Assembly (NCBI GenBank): GCA_022828225.1
Contig: JAJEJG010000002.1
Location: 20,268 to 84,267 of the forward strand
Source of the DNA: Nitrospirales bacterium
Lineage (GTDB): Bacteria > Nitrospirota > Nitrospiria > Nitrospirales > UBA8639
DNA: 64,000 nt
Direction of reading: 5' to 3'
The notes beneath the pieces are model-generated. The model did not search any database and was not told the DNA's origin. It was given only the letters and a program-made list of their open reading frames with translations. A program made the position numbers and the translations under genes. Shown in pieces: positions 63,060 through 64,000 of the stretch; the first letter of the stretch is position 1, and each line of letters opens with the position of its first letter.

Positions 63060-64000
63060 GTGAGACCACGACCGGGGAATGGACGGACCCCACGACGCAG
63101 GACGCCGGTGCGACAGTGGAAGAATTCCTGGCGCGTTTGGGCGGGCCGGCATGGGTGTTCCTGACCGGAGAAGACACGTCCCGGACGCGAGCCGTGACGA
63201 CCTTGTTGCACGGCAACGAACCGTCCGGGGTCCGGGCGATCTTCCAGGTGCTTCGGGCCGGGATTCGGCCTCGCGTCAATCTCGCCTGTTTCATCGGGGC
63301 CGTGGAGGCGGCGATGGCTTCGCCGGGATTCGTCCACCGGCAGTTGCCGGACGCCCGGGACCTGAACCGCTGTTTCCGCATGCCGTTCGAGGGCCGTGAA
63401 GGCCGGTTGGCGGCTGGGGTACTCGACCGGTTGCGTGCCATCGCCCCCGAGGCTCTGGTGGATTTTCACAATACGTCCGGGCGCAGTCCCGCGTACGGCG
63501 TGACGACGCGATTGGGAGAACCGCAAAAAGCCCTGACCGCTCTGGTTTCGAACCATCTGATCGTGACGGATCTGCGGCTGGGGACCTTGATGGAAGCCAC
63601 GGAAGACGATTTCCCCACCATTACGGCGGAATGCGGCGGGGCCGGCGATGCCCGGTCCGATCAAACCGCGATGACGGCGCTCAAGTCCTATGCCCTGGCG
63701 GACTCATTATGGGACGCGCCTCAACGCTATGCGCACGTGAAAACCTTCCATCACCCCATCCGGGTCTCATTGGAAACGGGGAAACAGGTGGCGTATGGCG
63801 CTACGGCCGTGCCCGGCGTGGACCTGACGTTACGGGCGGACGCCGATCACTTCAATTTCGGCATCCTGAATCAAGGCGAGATTCTGGGGTGGGTCCGGGA
63901 TTCTTCGCCCGGTGTGGTCGTGGCCCGTGACGCCAAGGGGCGTGACCGGACCCGGGAGTTGTTTGCCGTAGACGCAGGCCGGCTCGTGGTCGCACAGGCT
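63056..64000 (+). CDS. Succinylglutamate desuccinylase/aspartoacylase (AstE/AspA) family protein, partial
   Basis: Open frame from TTG 63056, overlapping the GCS2 TGA, to the window end (315 codons). LLHGNEPSG and ARDLNRCF are zinc-site motifs. Absent from the ORF track because there is no stop in the window. Confidence 0.55.
   Translation, partial: MSETTTGEWTDPTTQDAGATVEEFLARLGGPAWVFLTGEDTSRTRAVTTLLHGNEPSGVRAIFQVLRAGIRPRVNLACFIGAVEAAMASPGFVHRQLPDARDLNRCFRMPFEGREGRLAAGVLDRLRAIAPEALVDFHNTSGRSPAYGVTTRLGEPQKALTALVSNHLIVTDLRLGTLMEATEDDFPTITAECGGAGDARSDQTAMTALKSYALADSLWDAPQRYAHVKTFHHPIRVSLETGKQVAYGATAVPGVDLTLRADADHFNFGILNQGEILGWVRDSSPGVVVARDAKGRDRTRELFAVDAGRLVVAQA

Overview
GC-rich bacterial chromosomal segment with about 60 protein genes and one tRNA. 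It combines a complete non-actinobacterial Pup-proteasome locus (mpa-dop-prcB-prcA...pafA) with diderm features: an autotransporter esterase, a beta-barrel outer-membrane protein, DegP and a Neisseria-type surface lipoprotein. I infer a Nitrospira-like (Nitrospirota) organism from this; that is not proven. Other recognisable content: thiS-thiG-thiE, small heat-shock protein, ArfB, oligopeptidase B, a sigma-70 family factor, DegP plus a CusRS-like two-component pair, SthA, MsrB, an EndoQ-like PHP nuclease plus UvrD helicase, a sodium:solute symporter, an LplT-PlsC-acyl-ACP-synthetase triple fusion, a CCA-adding enzyme, a GH15 hydrolase, SoxC/SorA-type sulfite dehydrogenase with a SoxD-like cytochrome c fusion, a PA0069-type radical SAM protein, tRNA-Arg(CCT), two vapC-type toxin-antitoxin pairs and a GCS2 ligase plus AstE-like deacylase pair. 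The main findings are non-coding. (1) A 155-bp array of 15 same-orientation (C)ATAGCA heptamers spaced about one helical turn apart lies just downstream of a TA pair inserted between prcA and pafA. (2) A 532-bp AT-rich element with 20-bp terminal inverted repeats carries one 120-aa membrane-protein ORF and sits inside a REP-like hairpin, flanked by a 14-bp direct duplication. (3) At least five interspersed palindromic repeat/MITE families fill almost every intergenic gap, including nested insertions. (4) The canonical pup slot between dop and prcB holds a repeat pair and no pup ORF. I found no CRISPR array, rRNA, integrase or transposase gene.
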